Source: Nemertoderma westbladi | Taxonomy: Eukaryota; Animalia; Xenacoelomorpha | DNA length: 64,000 nt | Assembly: GCA_032718475.1 (NCBI GenBank) | Contig: JAUCBJ010006305.1 | Span: 1 to 64,000, forward strand | Direction of reading: 5' to 3' | Shown here: piece by piece, positions 61,445 to 64,000 of the stretch | How positions within the stretch are numbered: the first letter of the stretch is position 1 | How the letters are laid out: every line of letters starts with the position of its first letter | The notes under the pieces: generated by a model | What the model was told of the DNA's origin: nothing | The model's database searches: none | What the model saw: only the letters and a program-made list of their open reading frames with translations | Made by a program: the position numbers and the translations under genes

Positions 61445-62443
61445 GTATACTACTGTATATTGTAAATAATACAGTATATACTATACTCGTATAGACAGCG
61501 TGTAGTTTAGCTTTATACTGGGTATACTATATTATTTATTATGCCTTGCGTTGGGCACGCACAGGCACAGCTTAGCCAAAATAATTTGCTTATGATATCA
61601 GTGATATCTCGTGTGTGCGTCAATGATGTGAGTGGATAAGACGACCTATATCATGCTCTGCAGCCACAGTATTGATAGATAATATTATTAATAATAATAT
61701 ATATTTATACACCGCGTTTCTGTGCGTGTTTCATTGCTCTACTGTACTGTAACGTACCGTGATGTAGGGCTACAACGTATTTAAGAACTGGAGTGAGAAA
61801 GATGCCAATGGCAACTGGCTTAACATTAAAACAATTAAAACCAAAAAAAATGTTATGTTTTTAACAGCATATCGGCCCGTTACGGCACCAAAATATTAAA
61901 TATGAATAACAGAAATGAAAAAGACTAATTGGAACAAATATGAAAAATACATATTGTAGAAAGTTGTGTCTCAAAGATAAGTATACCGTTTTAATGCAAA
62001 ATTATTGAGTGAAGGAAGACGCATGTAAATTTCTTCGATATTGGGGTTCTCACGTCGTTAATTACATTAATTCGTTTTAGACATTATAGGCATACAGTCA
62101 TTAGTCAGTCGGTCTTACTGTCATTATAAAAAACTGCATAGATAATAATTTTAACTATCATGTACTACTAGTATGCAGTAATAGCTTACATCTACTGGGC
62201 ATTACATAATGCAGTCCACTATACCTTACAGCACGATATACCAACAATATTATCGGTATGTTGGCTGCATGAGTGGTTTCTCTTTTAGAATTTTAGTTGG
62301 GCACAGCTTAACGATAGGTGGGATAGAACTTGTAACCTCCAGGTTGGAGGACTGGCGTTCTAACAATTCCGCCGGCGCATGGCAGCAATTTACGACCTCA
62401 TGGCCTCTATCTGCCCCGACTATCTGGAACTCCCTCCCAAGAG

Positions 62444-64000
62444 TGTGACGGGATCCAGGAGGGATCCCGATTTATCCGATGTTTAGTTCACGCGTCCCCG
62501 CCGTGTGTAAAGAGTAAAATGAGTTCTGATGTTCGGTGTATATAATGATCAGTCTAATAAGATATAGATATAGGTTGTTGTACACGGAAGGCGGGATACG
62601 GTAACTGAAGTCCCGGTCCTTCCCTAGCTAAACTATCTAACTTAACTAGCACCAATACGATACTGGGATAACTGACTGATATGATTACTGGTAACTGGTT
62701 ATATTGCACGGCGGCCTTATTGCTGTACCTAATCGATGCCTTTCCCCCCTCTGATTGGTTGATATCCCTGTTGGCACCCTTTGGAGTGTTTCCCTTCACT
62801 CCTTGTGTTCTCTCTCGGTTAGGGGTTTGGCCCCTGACCCTCCATTGTGTGTTTCTCCTTCCCTTCCCACTTTATTGGGGTGACACGAGGTTGATATTGG
62901 TAATCAACCTCGTGCTCCCAATATTGCTTTATGGCTCACTCTATGGGTTTGTGTGTTAGCGGAATTGGATAAGCTAACACTCCCCCCCATGCTATCTTCC
63001 CGGTAAGAAGATAGCATCCAACTAAAGTGCGCTACAATTCCGCTGGAACTCGATCTATTATCGGGTGTGGGGTGGGGTTATTTTCTTGGAGTCGGCTTTC
63101 CAGGCCGCTCCCTATGGGTATGATGTCACTACCCTCTGGCGTCTCGTGTCGGGCCGATCGTGCGCTTCTCTCACACAATTTTTGTTTCCCCAACACTCTC
63201 GCCACTCTAACTTCGCTCTCTAACTCAACTCGCTCTCTCCCCACTCTTACACTCTCCCCACACCTGAATCACACTCTAACTTCTCGCCAACAGCTCTTCT
63301 CACTATCTCCTCTCTACTCTCTGCCACTCCCTAAGGCCCTAATCTCTAATGCTACCCCTGTGCTATCATACTATCTACCTTATCTAAGGTCTAACTTGCT
63401 AACTATCTAACTTCTCTAACTCTAACTAACTCCTAACTCTACTAACTACTAACTCTACTCTCTGCTAACTCTTACTACTTTTAGCTCTAACTAAAAGCCT
63501 CTAACTTTCTACTAACTCTAACTAGAACTCTCTAACTTTCTGCTAAGTCTACTAGCTCTTTTCTAACTCTGACTAAAACCCTCCAACTAACTCTATCTCT
63601 ATCTACGTGGCGCTAACGGTGCCCACAACCACAACCGGTACAACGTACCCTCTTACTAACTCTACCTCCATCTACGTGGCGCTAACGGTGCCCACAACCA
63701 CAACCGGTACTACGTACCCTCTTACTAACTCTACTTCCATCTACGTGGCGCTAACGGTGCCCACAACCACTCTACTACTGCTTCTACTCTGCTACTATCT
63801 TTCTAACTCTACTAACTCTCTACTATCTCTAACTCTACTAGCTGGCACCCTATGTGCCCGTCTCTACCACTCTACTCTATCTACATCTCCACCTCCACTA
63901 ATACCTCTATCTACGTGGCGCTTGCGGTGTCCACAACCTGTCCCTGCTACTACTTTCTACGTGGCGCTTCCGGTGCCCACAACCCCTCTCTTACTACTTT
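62444..64000 (-). mobile_element. 3' end of an LTR retroelement (3' LTR 62444-62979 plus internal sequence), antisense in an intron of the NRPS-like gene
   Basis: On the minus strand, a polypurine tract atgggggggag (62980-62990) directly precedes tgttagc...gtcaca (TG...CA, 536 bp). The internal region is C/T-skewed on plus and runs off the window. Confidence 0.7.
63600..63770 (+). repeat. 69-bp tandem repeat inside the LTR element
   Basis: atctacgtggcgctaacggtgcccacaacc at 63601, 63670 and 63739; further partial copies near 63909 and 63955. Confidence 0.85.

Overview
AT-rich eukaryotic genomic DNA, most likely from an invertebrate animal: it has GT-AG introns, a C2H2 zinc-finger array, LINEs, a SINE and DNA transposons. 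Five host genes are supported. (1) An 18-unit C2H2 zinc-finger ORF (9525-11480). (2) An intronless ChaC glutathione-specific gamma-glutamylcyclotransferase (20017-20580). (3) An intronless AKAP7-like 2H phosphoesterase (25479-27602). (4) An intronless NACHT/STAND NTPase with a TPR-like region (31530-35012, minus). (5) A spliced NRPS-like adenylation-domain gene (7 exons, 49882-61444, continuing past the window), largely missed by the ORF track, whose motifs match my recollection of glycine-betaine reductase ATRR. Its 8.2-kb intron 5 holds about 200 copies of a 36-bp repeat, most carrying a C(UUCG)G tetraloop hairpin on the sense strand, with an RTE LINE inserted exactly at the array edge. The rest is a dense mosaic: a higher-order satellite (149/166/167-bp monomers), a foldback-like element with arms built of 10-bp repeats, a second RTE copy with a TSD, a hAT element with TIRs and an 8-bp TSD, a CR1 remnant, a tRNA-derived SINE, several MITE-like palindromes, and the 3' end of an LTR retroelement. 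All calls come from manual reading; no database searches were run.
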